This document shows positions 11,501 to 20,521 of a DNA stretch of 64,000 nucleotides, piece by piece (within the stretch, counting starts at the first letter, position 1; the number at the start of each line of letters is the position of its first letter). The translations under genes were made by a program, and so were the position numbers. The notes beneath the pieces are model-generated. The model worked only from the letters and a program-made list of their open reading frames with translations, was not told the DNA's origin and searched no databases. This stretch comes from Promethearchaeota archaeon. Lineage in GTDB: Archaea > Asgardarchaeota > Lokiarchaeia > Sigyniarchaeales > SOKP01. Location of the stretch: positions 57,289 to 121,288 of the forward strand of contig JAFGGO010000114.1 in assembly GCA_016930515.1 (NCBI GenBank), in the 5' to 3' direction.

Positions 11501-13255
11501 AAAGCCCTGATGAAATTATATTATCCTGCCCTTGTTATTTCATATTTTAATGCAACAGTATTGATCCTTGCATTGATCGCATTGCTTTCTCAAGTTAATA
11601 GCATCTTTTTGAACATTTCGATTTTAGTATTTTTAGTCCTGCAATTGATTACAAATCAGCTGGTTTATCTCTTTCGAGTTAAAATAAGTCGAAGCGATTC
11701 GATGAAACAAGAAGTAGATAATGGAATATTAACAGCAAGAATGAAGGGATTTAAGATCCTGGGTGGATTGATATATCTTTGGTCGAGCATTTGCGTTGCT
11801 CACGGATTGATATTGATTAATCTAGATGTTTCTCTTATTGTTTTAATCGAATGTATCATCATTCACGCCCTTATGAAAGTTGATTTACACGGATTGAAGC
11901 TATTAGGAACAGAAGCAAATTATTTAGAAGTAGGATCCTGGGCGGGTTTGATGGTTTTTTCTTGGATATATCTACTACAAGCGTTTTTTATTTTGGGTCA
12001 ATTAATTCTAGCAATACCCTTGGCGATTTTCATATTCGTTTTGGAAGTATTCTATTTCTTTTACTTGCTTGAATTTTTATCGTTTATTAAAGAGAAAAAA
12101 GAAAAAATCCAACACTTCCTCGTGTTAATACTCTACGGAAATTTTGTCTCTTGGCCAATTTATTTCGTATCGAACGACATGATATTAAATCTTAATTTAG
12201 TGTTAGGATCGTTAGGCGTTCTATTTGCCGTCGCTCTCTTCGACGCATCATTCAAGGCATTTAAAGAAAGCTTGCGATTAACATTAATAAAAACATCGTT
12301 TTTATTGATTGGACTGATTCTTTCCATCGACCTTTTCTTCTACTTACAAATTGCCGTACAACCACAAGTTTCGAATTTTTCGTTTGGTACAAACCTGTCG
12401 CTCGCCGTTTTGCTCTTTTGGGTCTTTCTTGGTTGCGTCGTGCTCCCCTTAAAATTAAGCCACTTTCACGCCTTTCTCTATTGGATCGTCCTTTCAGCAA
12501 GCTCCAGTTTGGCCATACTGTTCGGATTGTACATGAATCCTGCTGATTTTTTGGAAAGCATTACCGTGGGAGGCTTGATTTTTCTCATATTCATCTGTGC
12601 TTTTCCATTTATTTTCATGTTTGAAGAACTCGTGGAATTTTTCAGTAAACTTTGGGATATCATCCTTGCAAAGCTTAGAGCACTAAAGAAGGCAATATTA
12701 CACTTTTTTAAAAAAATTGGGCGCTTTTTCAAGAAGCTTTATTTAGCTATTATCTCGTTTTTGAAAAAGAATTTCAAATACATCTATTTAATTTTCAACA
12801 TCTTCGTTTTCATTTTAATAATATATTTGGGAATGACATATTTGAACCTCGCCTGGTATCACGCAATGCTCATTGGATTTCTGGTGATTTCCATCCTGCT
12901 TTATTTCATCTCACCCGCAAGAACGGAAGAAGATCCAGTAAAGCAATTTAAGTGGAAGTTGGGAACTTATTTTGCCGTTTGGTTGAGTGTGACCACCTTG
13001 ATAGCTGTATATATTACATACGCTCCCAAGATTAGCGATATCATTTCTACATTGACCGTGGTTCTCGTGTTCCTCACGAGTTCCGTCATTTTGGGTGCCA
13101 TCATACTGATCGACATTTATCGAAGGGAAAAAGCGGGAAAAATTTCGATTAAATGGAGGTATTATACAACGCTCTTTTTCATATTATTATTGATTGGAGC
13201 AATAGTTACGGGTGTCTTTTTAGGAATTAATTTCGTTGAGGTTGTAATTGATTGA
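5546..13255 (+). CDS. Giant 2569-aa polytopic membrane protein of unknown function
   Basis: Uninterrupted 7.7-kb ORF of consecutive hydrophobic helices with short basic loops and no recognisable soluble domain. Confidence 0.85.
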   Translation: MNDSTDRLNKYKKYNSLLTGLLIASFLSFSFLELILLGSFILFIVQVSLVAPLIYLLAYIEHERHLSNNKENIATYLVNTISLITGIIFGLLGFLPFNVQIVIFCIFMLFSFEGFVRIGFFRKETIIWFQDILAMIVYLLITYSFGYPAIESAILNTFHSQILETATIILVNGMIISGMFLLSFYLLSIRKAWKNEARVFHLLITINFLILETFAFVYINLWFYYSYQITAFLNSLVLSIVFFPTILLLFLFLNWTIKIFSYDRFKIYFYNALWFQVFTVLGLIEVILINDIQGILFWIMLDVLLFFIVLNFILKLGNSLGKINNMTKSTFKTIFSIVLVFEFLVLSFLLLSQIVLIKILAPIDNIIVSSYIALIFMTTLANALSIEEKLFSNIVSRILTITSLILLPFIVSWYVALSLISFALIYILPPILFCLLLYLPLIYMIYFGFGTRTATYTFFLDSLLLWIFVGLSPIVLNFENPILSQVDVLNLTLLCVSFSTIYLRLTCKKLNILDIFTRLLPKILMVVLFVFSGTFLFYYSFLILRSFQIAFLLSFINSSLYLFVPMYISYKYDIFQRFWMKYVIFLNSIALYVFIVFLPIFIGLDIGVRVTSVAIVTPTLVLAFTLLIFLEKVAKKVEFGDKTVLNLKIAQIPVWIVISIIITFSVAYNSFQFDISTSVLVSGTILIFFGLSVFTCYLLYLVEKKLSRDQPNTRLLIKTREIYTIFRTIIYYGIVVSLSVLISSALEILLQNSPIASEFPSLFFAVNALITTFIIFVVLITTDRLIQVTFPRIKAWVASISWLSLKMFLIVFILVIPSGYLYYINILSAFITFAFLTPITLYHVEKINKLSDKRVIFLKKTNHLIFLIATFTFYIVLFLFITLQVNYFATNLVVLGLLFACNLFLLFNYILKKYKKNQERQTLSEVYKIYVSFVLLSASLLYIAPIFCIVIFIVGAVIILSDRSPNFINKALIYAILSICANILVFSLLDIFSIFSSVSAIPLGFYIILYLLCLILTIAFSVILNLEGNNNFELLALYGSCAIWSFFYIATYFSNILLLYNMTISLLEFLILMGVTLFRRKDERYRFFIRPSILLFIFDLISYLSYGFFFVNPIYKEINPLLTLTLTISITDLAFICIYRDLKDNARRRSFSLALGSLIVAFPAFIGLFLVSYSIAPIEWPLAVTIALNILVFLYFLSVGVYRWKLSRAIWDSAWWAWNLLPIINVFMIYQALSGIDVITNALQVGGTQITGSLILTLIIFSLLYLPVLYTKIKKHFYTCLIFIWTESLVLIIWITFNIFFEYPGLIVLSSSIMAIILLMPLLYKLNYWRFVSTFWWILTIINASFFIILLIVNGVELAISISTGIILASIFFMIYSYFPNIKHKILYIACSYTILIAGIFSLLSFIIYFIFYNLLISINISSIIIAFSLFTSKYLKFEKLDPKRYIHLFISTLLIWHFSWLTYNTFSLVKGLELFSIFLAIAVLGGTLFVFSYYDMLIIEINKKIPWLTMTVGTSFAVISLCFTVIPSFWINLAIFVLVNIVFAYFWFGRYKYLLWYAFPVPFALLIQESMLMILIVRPYWALSLSITYLIIFQIFVNVFNQIRRDKLSNGLMKFFGDQKHVKLNNIACFSSYAALIPLFTFLVVPFSLEYRILTFLITLSFLLILTLGYINKSWTRLEIGTLSMVKYKSKLEFIVYLMLYIELAVLTLFIGMNTLGALTSSLISALILFALVSLDSSTIKRVNHPIINLISFTLLYALFPFALVGIFVQYKLLNIGSSAIIVLLETVFTYYAFYYVHKLVGSEKTEKIKKIAGSSIALLLYVELSISIFGYLMLIQELMISLLVSSMSLHGFVILDILLIKRVKNRIFPLISFSFVYVITPITLILLFDQYHLINIASISLIVLLETFFTYYELHLIFKITQIERTKQFRRFLKNLVIFAIYIEITVILFGLYISIFETVVSYLISLVVLILILGAHISFAGKKALMKLYYPALVISYFNATVLILALIALLSQVNSIFLNISILVFLVLQLITNQLVYLFRVKISRSDSMKQEVDNGILTARMKGFKILGGLIYLWSSICVAHGLILINLDVSLIVLIECIIIHALMKVDLHGLKLLGTEANYLEVGSWAGLMVFSWIYLLQAFFILGQLILAIPLAIFIFVLEVFYFFYLLEFLSFIKEKKEKIQHFLVLILYGNFVSWPIYFVSNDMILNLNLVLGSLGVLFAVALFDASFKAFKESLRLTLIKTSFLLIGLILSIDLFFYLQIAVQPQVSNFSFGTNLSLAVLLFWVFLGCVVLPLKLSHFHAFLYWIVLSASSSLAILFGLYMNPADFLESITVGGLIFLIFICAFPFIFMFEELVEFFSKLWDIILAKLRALKKAILHFFKKIGRFFKKLYLAIISFLKKNFKYIYLIFNIFVFILIIYLGMTYLNLAWYHAMLIGFLVISILLYFISPARTEEDPVKQFKWKLGTYFAVWLSVTTLIAVYITYAPKISDIISTLTVVLVFLTSSVILGAIILIDIYRREKAGKISIKWRYYTTLFFILLLIGAIVTGVFLGINFVEVVID
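10649..11400 (+). repeat. Intragenic degenerate tandem repeat, period 363 bp (121 aa)
   Basis: Y[IV]E codons at 10649, 11012 and 11375. AATCGTGTTGCT at 10891 and 11254. IKRV...LISF...QY.L.NI.S...IVLLET.FTYY is duplicated. Confidence 0.8.
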
Positions 13256-13284
13256 TTTTTGTTTATTCAAAAGCATTTTTTTTA

Positions 13285-15021
13285 TTATTTGATATAAAAA
13301 CCCGTTCCAATTTCCTCACCTAGCGAATTTTTCAAGGTTCTGAGAAAATTTTCGTATTTTTTTTCAAATATCTGGCACGATTTCGTCCTGTAAAAGCCGC
13401 AATAATTCTTTCCATCTTGAATCATGTCTTTAAAAGGATAATCCTGCCACATCGCGGCTTTAAAAGGGACTTTTAGAATCAGGAAGTTCGTCCCTAAAGG
13501 GGTATCGCTTCCATCAAATAATTCTTTATTTACACCAAATAATTTTATTTTCAGCTTGAGCCTGCCCTCGTGTTGCATCTCGTTTTTGAAAAATTTCTTG
13601 AACTCGTCCGTAGGAGTTAGCCTAATGTAAAAATCGTGTATAGATGCAAGATTAGGGTAATATTTAAAATCTTGTAACTTTTTCTCCTCAGATGCATCCA
13701 TATAATATGGATTTTCGTCAAGGATTATATTTTCCTTCATAATATCTGCGATAATATAAGCCATCTTAATATATTTCATTTGACAATCTGGACGCTTGAC
13801 ATAGACACAAAAAATTCTATCGCCATTCGCCACCGATGCGGATTCTCGTTTCTCTTCCCAATTAATTGGTTCTTTAGGTAATTGAAAAAGAGTATTTCTG
13901 GCTTCTTCCAGTAATTCTTTCCAGTTGCGCTCTTTTCCCTTTCGCACCTCTTCGAATTCTGGATCTTTCAAGATTTTCTCCACGAGATCTATTATTTTAG
14001 GCGTGCATTGTTGATATAACCACTCCAATTGATATTTTGAATTGCTAGTTCGGATGCCATAAAAATCTAATGGGGCATCTTTAAATACTTGTTTCCAGTC
14101 CCTAATGTCTTGATAATCGCTTTCCTTTATCATGCTGATGAATCTGAATAGATTTATGGAATCTTCATGCCAAATATCGTTTTCCATGTGAAGCTTGAAG
14201 TTGTAAGTCATTAACTCAACCAAGGTACATAAGTGAGAGAATCCTTCGATATCAAGATATTCCTTTGCATTACTATTAATATATAGGCCTTCTAGCAATA
14301 TAAGTCCATCGAGACCTTCAATTTTTTCAATTGGTAAATCAACTAAGCCTAATATTCGCAGATTAGAAAGCGAATCGAGGTTTTCTATCTTTGTAATGTA
14401 ATTTCCAGACAAGTACAATTTTTTTAAATTAGTCAAATGATTCAATTTTTCGATTTTATTGATTTCGTTGCCACCCAAACTCAGAACCGATAGATTTCGA
14501 AGTTGATCGATATTTTCTATTCTTTTTATTTTATTTAAATCTAGTTCTAATTCTTTGAGATCGTTCAGATTTTCCAATCCTTCGATCTTCTCGATTTGAT
14601 TCGCCGAAAGATAAAGCTGCTCCAATTTAGTGCAATTATTTATGTTTTGAATCTTGTTGATTTGATTATTGCTCAGGTCTAACGACCAAAGATCGCTGAG
14701 ATGCTGGATTCCCTTGATCTCGGTGATGTTATTCTTGCTTAAATTAAGACGCTTGAGTTTGGTAAGGTTTTCCAAGCCTTTAATTTCGGTAATTTCGTTT
14801 TCTTGTAAATCAAGATCTATAAGGTTAGGAAGACACTCTAATCCCGTAATATCTTTTATTCGGTTATCCCCAAGCAAGAGAGTATCGATGTTTTGGCATT
14901 GATCCAATCCTTCCAATTCTGATATTGATTCCATGCCTGCCATCTTTAGAGATAGGGTACAAGAACCGTAAGCAGATACAACGGGATGAGATTTTCCTCT
15001 ATATATCACGTGATCTTCCAT
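13285..15021 (-). CDS. SDS22-like leucine-rich-repeat protein with uncharacterised C-terminal domain (paralog A)
   Basis: About 11 22-aa repeats of LxxLxLxxNxIxxIEGL. The C-terminal ~290 aa are homologous to 15056..16756. Confidence 0.9.
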   Translation of the reverse strand: MEDHVIYRGKSHPVVSAYGSCTLSLKMAGMESISELEGLDQCQNIDTLLLGDNRIKDITGLECLPNLIDLDLQENEITEIKGLENLTKLKRLNLSKNNITEIKGIQHLSDLWSLDLSNNQINKIQNINNCTKLEQLYLSANQIEKIEGLENLNDLKELELDLNKIKRIENIDQLRNLSVLSLGGNEINKIEKLNHLTNLKKLYLSGNYITKIENLDSLSNLRILGLVDLPIEKIEGLDGLILLEGLYINSNAKEYLDIEGFSHLCTLVELMTYNFKLHMENDIWHEDSINLFRFISMIKESDYQDIRDWKQVFKDAPLDFYGIRTSNSKYQLEWLYQQCTPKIIDLVEKILKDPEFEEVRKGKERNWKELLEEARNTLFQLPKEPINWEEKRESASVANGDRIFCVYVKRPDCQMKYIKMAYIIADIMKENIILDENPYYMDASEEKKLQDFKYYPNLASIHDFYIRLTPTDEFKKFFKNEMQHEGRLKLKIKLFGVNKELFDGSDTPLGTNFLILKVPFKAAMWQDYPFKDMIQDGKNYCGFYRTKSCQIFEKKYENFLRTLKNSLGEEIGTGFYIK

Positions 15022-15055
15022 TTTAATTTAACCAAGTTTATTTTAAGAATATTTA

Positions 15056-16756
15056 TCATTTAAGATAAAATCCCGTGCCAATTTCTTCACCTAGCTCGTC
15101 TTCTAAAATTTTAAGAAAGTATTCGTATTTTTTTTCAAATATCTGGCACGCTTCAGTCCTATAAAAACCGTAGTAGTCCTTTTCGTCTTGAATTATGTTT
15201 TTATAAGGATATTTGTTCCACTTTTCCGCGCTAAAAGGGACGCTTAAAATCAAGAAGTTCGTCCCCAAATGAGTGCCATTTGCATCCAGAAGGTCCTTGT
15301 CCATGTGAAATAACTGTATTTGCAGCTTGAGCCTGCCCTTGAGTTTCATCTCGTTTTTGAAGAATCTCTTGAACTCTTTTGAAGGTGTGAGTCTAATGTA
15401 AAATTCATTAGAAGGCGCAAGGTTCGTCCAATATTTTAAACCTCCCAGTGTTGTATCTTCAGATGTTTCTATGAGGTACGGATTTTCGTCAGGGATTATA
15501 TTTTGTTTCATGATATCGTTGATAAGATCAGCCATCTCAATATAATCCATTTGATAATCTGGTTTCTTGGCATACACGCAAAAGATTCTCTCTCCATCCA
15601 TTTCAGAAGCTAATTTTCGTTTTTCCTCCCAATTTATTGGTTTTTCAGGCGGTTTGAAGAGATATTTCGTGGCATGTTCAAGCACATCTTTCCAGCGTCC
15701 CTCGTCACCCTTTCGCACTTCTTCGAGCTCGGGATCAGTTAAGATCTCCTCTACAACATCTAAGATTTTCGGCGTGCATTGCTTATAAAACCACTCTAAT
15801 TGATATTTTGAATTAAAACCAAAAAAACTATCGAATCCCCAAGCAGCGAGGTCAATTATTTCTTTCCAGTCTTCAATGTCCCGATAATTATCCTCCTTAA
15901 TCATGCTTATGAATCTAAAGGTCTTAAGGGCCATTTCATACTCATCTTGATATATTTCAAGATTAAAGGATTCAGTTTCAAAGTCCTCCAAGTTTCCCAA
16001 TCGAGCAAGTCCTTCGATGTCCAAGTATTTTTTGATATTACTGCTAATAGTTAACACTTCTAAAGATACAAGACGGTCGAGACCCTCGATTCTGACGATT
16101 GGAAGATACTTTACATGTAGTCTCTTTAAATTAGTAAGAGAATCAAGATTTTCTAGTTTTGAAATGGGATTTTCGGACAAGTTCAATGTTTCTAGATTCG
16201 TCAATTCATCGAGATTTTCAATACGGGTAAGTTCGTTTCCCCTCAAGTCTAACCATGTTAGTTTGGACAAATGATTGATGTTCTCAATTGCTTTTATTTT
16301 ATTTTCTTCGAGTTTTAATTCCTTGAGGTCTTTCAGATTCTCTAGTCCTTCGATTTTTTCGATATCGTTTCCCGAAAGATCAAGATGTTCCAATTTTTTA
16401 CAATTTTCTAGGTTAGTAATCTTTTTAATTTTATTATTACTCAGGTCTAAATGCAAGAGATCGCTGAGATGCTGGATTCCCTCAATTTCAGTAATGTTAT
16501 TATTGCTTAAATTAAGACGCTTGAGTTTGATAAGGTTTTCCAAGCCTTTAATTTCTTTTAATTGGTTATCGCTTAAATCGAGATCGCCGATATTTTCACA
16601 TTGATCGAATCCCTCTAAGTCCGATATGGACTTTAAATCTACACCATTCACCGATAATTGAAAAAAATGAAATGGTTTATGGACGGGATAAGATTTTCCC
16701 TTATATTCGACATGATCTCCCAAATTTTTGTCACTAATCTTTATTGATGAATTCAT
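15056..16756 (-). CDS. SDS22-like leucine-rich-repeat protein with uncharacterised C-terminal domain (paralog B)
   Basis: About 10 22-aa LRRs. Shares FRFISMIKE, NSKYQLEW, RIFCVY, LGTNFLIL and LGEEIGTGFY with paralog A. Confidence 0.9.
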   Translation of the reverse strand: MNSSIKISDKNLGDHVEYKGKSYPVHKPFHFFQLSVNGVDLKSISDLEGFDQCENIGDLDLSDNQLKEIKGLENLIKLKRLNLSNNNITEIEGIQHLSDLLHLDLSNNKIKKITNLENCKKLEHLDLSGNDIEKIEGLENLKDLKELKLEENKIKAIENINHLSKLTWLDLRGNELTRIENLDELTNLETLNLSENPISKLENLDSLTNLKRLHVKYLPIVRIEGLDRLVSLEVLTISSNIKKYLDIEGLARLGNLEDFETESFNLEIYQDEYEMALKTFRFISMIKEDNYRDIEDWKEIIDLAAWGFDSFFGFNSKYQLEWFYKQCTPKILDVVEEILTDPELEEVRKGDEGRWKDVLEHATKYLFKPPEKPINWEEKRKLASEMDGERIFCVYAKKPDYQMDYIEMADLINDIMKQNIIPDENPYLIETSEDTTLGGLKYWTNLAPSNEFYIRLTPSKEFKRFFKNEMKLKGRLKLQIQLFHMDKDLLDANGTHLGTNFLILSVPFSAEKWNKYPYKNIIQDEKDYYGFYRTEACQIFEKKYEYFLKILEDELGEEIGTGFYLK

Positions 16757-16851
16757 TTATTGTTTTGATAATAATAAATCTTTTTGATAAAAATAGTTGA
16801 AATAACAATTAAGGGATAATTAGATAAAAGGGAGGAAAAAATAAGCGTGGC

Positions 16852-17079
16852 TTAATTTTTGAGATTTTTTTGTTTCCAAGCACCCAGGAACTCTTTAAAT
16901 TCGTCCTTGTCGATTCCAAGAGAATTAACCCTTTTTTCTTTCTTTGGTTCAACCTTTTCTTGCTGATCATTTAAATTGATCTTGGAAAATTGCATGGACC
17001 AGTCGTAATAGGAACTCGAACTTGCTTGCATTGCTTTTGACATGATTTTAAGTTGTATTAACGGAATAATAAACGACAT
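16852..17079 (-). CDS. Small hypothetical protein
   Basis: 75-aa ORF filling the intergenic space. C-terminus NSLGIDKDEFKEFLGAWK looks helical. Confidence 0.45.
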   Translation of the reverse strand: MSFIIPLIQLKIMSKAMQASSSSYYDWSMQFSKINLNDQQEKVEPKKEKRVNSLGIDKDEFKEFLGAWKQKNLKN

Positions 17080-17280
17080 GAGTGTGAAAATTTTCTAAAA
17101 CATCTAGGCGCGATATTTAATATTTTGTCGTGTTTATTCACTTTTAGAGCGCTTAAACCGGTTTTTAAGCAATAATCGAGTTTTTTTAAAAGCAATATAT
17201 AACAAACAAGGTGATAATAACCTTTAAATAAAAGTGCTTGATTACCTACATTTAATCTAAACTTAACGAGCTAAAAATTA

Positions 17281-17817
17281 ATGGCAGAATCAGAACAAGT
17301 TAATGTTAAAGATTGGATAACGCTCAGTTCGGTCATGATAGGTGCCGTGCTGACCATACTCGCCTTGATCTGGCAAGTACCCCCAGTAGGAGACAAAGCT
17401 ATCGTTGTTGCAACCTATCTCTTGATGATTTCCTTTATTTTTTTTGTCAACTCTGTATCGTGCAATTCGAAAGCAAATTACGAGGCGCGAACGGGAAAAG
17501 CATCAGGGAAGGTCGTGGATCGATTCGTCGCTTTTGCTGAATATTCCTTCGGAATTGGCTTTACTTTCATCATTTGCGGATTTTCGATCCTTGGTTATGG
17601 ATACCTAATGGGATATACAACATCAAGCAACCAATTATTAGCATTGATATTTCCAATCACTTTCATTGTCGTGACCTTGTTTATAATGATGGTATACAAC
17701 ACCCTAAATTCAGGTTCACCTATTGGAAGCTTGAAGAGAAGTATCTGGTCAATAGTTGAAATCGCTTGCGTTGTTCTTATTGCAATGGATTATTTTGGAG
17801 CGATCGTAATTCCTTAA
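17281..17817 (+). CDS. Hypothetical membrane protein (~5 TM)
   Basis: Five hydrophobic segments, an upstream TTTAAATA box (~17223) and a downstream oligo-T. Confidence 0.75.
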   Translation: MAESEQVNVKDWITLSSVMIGAVLTILALIWQVPPVGDKAIVVATYLLMISFIFFVNSVSCNSKANYEARTGKASGKVVDRFVAFAEYSFGIGFTFIICGFSILGYGYLMGYTTSSNQLLALIFPITFIVVTLFIMMVYNTLNSGSPIGSLKRSIWSIVEIACVVLIAMDYFGAIVIP

Positions 17818-17820
17818 ACA

Positions 17821-17838
17821 TTTTTTTTTTTAATTTTA
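17821..17838 (+). terminator. Oligo-T archaeal terminator
   Basis: T11 run 4 nt after the stop codon at 17817. Confidence 0.5.
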
Positions 17839-17923
17839 TTTCTAACATTTTTTAAATTAATGAAGTATAATCAAAGGTACTTATTTTATACGATTAATTA
17901 TACAACATAATTACATATTATAA

Positions 17924-19063
17924 GTGTTTAAGTTGAATATTGATAAAAAAGTCCTGAATAAAGCCGCTAGAACCATCGCTAAGGCGGGAAAGATGCCATT
18001 TCCGGTAACTGAAACGTTTTTAAGCGTATTAGATGTTCTCCTCACGGACGAGCAAGCGAGATTTATTGCTGATGTATTTACAAAACCCTCACTCACATTA
18101 GAACAAATTTTGGAAAAGGTGGATCAAAAATACGATAAAGATGCGATCGTGCAATTGCTTGGTAAATTGTTAAAAGGAGGAATAATTTCTAGCGCCATAT
18201 CTCAAAGCGCTGGCGTTCGCGTCTATCGCTTGATGCAACCCGTACCGGGCCTGATGGAATATTCATTGCTGCGTGGCGAAACCACCGAAAAGGAGAAAAA
18301 ATTGGCGAAATTATGGGACAAATTATACAAGGAATTAAGCAAGGGCACTCAAAAAAATTACGATTTCGTAATTCCCCAATACGAAAAAATTCCTGCAATT
18401 GATAGGGTTGTTCCAGTCGAAGAAGAGATAAATCTTGAGAAGATCGGACAAGAAGCAATAACCCCCTTCGAGGAAGTTTCTAAATTCATAGATAAATGCG
18501 ATGATATTGCCGTTGCTCATTGTTATTGCCGTCATGAAAAGGACTTACTTGGAGACCCTTGCAAGCTGAATGCACCTAAGAAAAATTGCTTTTTCTTCGA
18601 TAAAAGCGCAAAGCATATAATAGAACACGAATTTGGAGAATCAATTAGCAAGGAAGAGGCCAAGAAACTTTTTAAAGAGGCGGAAGATTACGGACTTGTT
18701 CACAAGGTCTTTCACGTGCAAGCTAATCCTGAGGGGAAAGTAGAAGCGATATGCAACTGTTGCAGTTGTTGCTGCGGAACTTTTCACTTATATAGAACGG
18801 GTGCAATGCCATTCACAACCCTGACTTCTTACATTGCAGAAATAAATCCAGACGAATGCGTGGGATGTAATGCTTGCGTGAACGCTTGTCCTATAGAGGC
18901 ACTTGAAATACACGAAGATAACATTGCATCTCTAATTGAAAATAAATGCATTGGTTGCGGAGTGTGCGTTCACATGTGCCCTCAAGAACCAAAAGCTATT
19001 TCGCTGAGAAGGACTGGTTTGCGGAGAGTTTTCATTCCACCTCCTAAAATAACTAAAAGCTGA
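17924..19063 (+). CDS. Iron-sulfur protein with Cys-rich central domain and C-terminal 2[4Fe-4S] ferredoxin domain
   Basis: CYCRH, CNCCSCCC, CVGCNACVNACP and CIGCGVCVHMCP. Confidence 0.85.
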   Translation: MFKLNIDKKVLNKAARTIAKAGKMPFPVTETFLSVLDVLLTDEQARFIADVFTKPSLTLEQILEKVDQKYDKDAIVQLLGKLLKGGIISSAISQSAGVRVYRLMQPVPGLMEYSLLRGETTEKEKKLAKLWDKLYKELSKGTQKNYDFVIPQYEKIPAIDRVVPVEEEINLEKIGQEAITPFEEVSKFIDKCDDIAVAHCYCRHEKDLLGDPCKLNAPKKNCFFFDKSAKHIIEHEFGESISKEEAKKLFKEAEDYGLVHKVFHVQANPEGKVEAICNCCSCCCGTFHLYRTGAMPFTTLTSYIAEINPDECVGCNACVNACPIEALEIHEDNIASLIENKCIGCGVCVHMCPQEPKAISLRRTGLRRVFIPPPKITKS

Positions 19064-19327
19064 AAAAGATTTTAAAAGATAAATTCTATTTAGGTTATTT
19101 AATACAAGACTGAATGGATTGGGAACTAGCTCAAAGACCATGTCATCAAAAAAAATTTTGTTTTTCTAATCCATTTACGAATTTTGACATTTCATTTTGG
19201 ACACAATCGTTTCTTTGAATTATTTTTATTATTCAATTGGGATGTATAAAATTTCGCTTAGTATTAGAAAAATTACCAGACAACCAAGAATATCAGAAGG
19301 AAACTCTGATGATAGAAAAAACAATTC

Positions 19328-19975
19328 TTAATATTTTTTAAATATCGTATAAGATCCGAAAACAATAATCCAAGACAGGATTGTTAAATGAGAAATCCAT
19401 TCAATTAGAGGTACCCACGTCACGATGAAAACTAATTGCATTATTCCTGCGAAAAAGAACGGCACGGCAAAATATCTTGGAAACACTAAAGGTTTATCTT
19501 GAATGTAATAGCTATAAATAACGCAATAGGTTGCTGTCCCTAGAAAGCAAACATCTGCAAACACACCGTGAAGCAGAAAAAAAAGGCTTTCTTTTGTTGC
19601 TGATAAAGCCAAGCACACCCCAATCAGTAGGAGAGCAATGTAGGCTACGATATTAGCGTATTTAGCGAGAGTTATCCATCTACTTGGCCCCTGTCTTGAT
19701 TGAAAGAGGCGTCCGATATATACGCTAAAAGGCAAGCCCAATATTCCTGACACCATAGCACCGATATTAAAGAACATGAACCCCCTAGGGTTCATTTCTG
19801 GAGTACCTAAATCGCTAATCATGTATGATAACAGGTTATAATCCTCGGGATAGAATTGTAGGGCAATAATCTCTCCGATCAGCCCTGCTAACATCGATAA
19901 GACCCCAAAAACGCCTCCAGGCAGTAGGACGAATAATGAATCACCAAACTTGCTTTTACCGTTTACTTGAATCAT
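19328..19975 (-). CDS. DUF998-like membrane protein
   Basis: Y...ISDLG...FFN and LHG..A motifs, ~6 TM. The ATG at 19975 is more plausible than the upstream start. Confidence 0.65.
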   Translation of the reverse strand: MIQVNGKSKFGDSLFVLLPGGVFGVLSMLAGLIGEIIALQFYPEDYNLLSYMISDLGTPEMNPRGFMFFNIGAMVSGILGLPFSVYIGRLFQSRQGPSRWITLAKYANIVAYIALLLIGVCLALSATKESLFFLLHGVFADVCFLGTATYCVIYSYYIQDKPLVFPRYFAVPFFFAGIMQLVFIVTWVPLIEWISHLTILSWIIVFGSYTIFKKY

Positions 19976-20130
19976 ATACTTGCCTTTAAATGAATTTATA
20001 TTATAATATGAAGGAGAAAAATAAGAATAATAAAAAAGGATTAGCATTAAATTTGAATTAATTTATTCTCAGTAAGGATTACTAAATAAAAAAAATCACA
20101 ACTATAGAAATTCTTAAATTGTTATCTGAT

Positions 20131-20307
20131 ATGCAAGATATTATGATAAAAGTAATGTTTTTTAAAGATCACTACAAGAAAGCTACCAGGCAATTGGAGG
20201 AATTTTTATCGTCTTTTCCACACGATTACGATATGAACAACATAAAAATATCAACATCAGGTCCAGGAGACGTCTTACGAATAGTAGTTCTTTATAAATG
20301 GCTCTGA
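20131..20307 (+). CDS. Small Cse60/DUF2758-like protein
   Basis: Beta-alpha-beta-beta pattern IKVMFF...LEEFL...NIKIS...IVVLY. Confidence 0.45.
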   Translation: MQDIMIKVMFFKDHYKKATRQLEEFLSSFPHDYDMNNIKISTSGPGDVLRIVVLYKWL

Positions 20308-20521
20308 AAAGCGAATTTATCCAAATATTTTATTTTTTTTCTATTTGCATAAAATGTAAACCTTGACTAATACTTTCTAAAAGTCTTTTCCCCTTTAATC
20401 AAAACAACAGTTCAGTTTATAGCATTATTAATAATTCCAATTATTTCAAGGAAGAGCATCTTGCATTTAATGATTGAATTAATCAGAGTTATTTTAATAC
20501 AATGAAAAATAGGTACAAAAT

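Noticed and set aside
19061-19081. Selenocysteine read-through of the Fe-S protein TGA
   Set aside because: Only five codons follow before TAA, and the TGA is not in a Cys-motif position.
19976-20047. N-terminal extension of the DUF998-like ORF
   Set aside because: It spans a TATA-like promoter sequence; the downstream ATG fits better.
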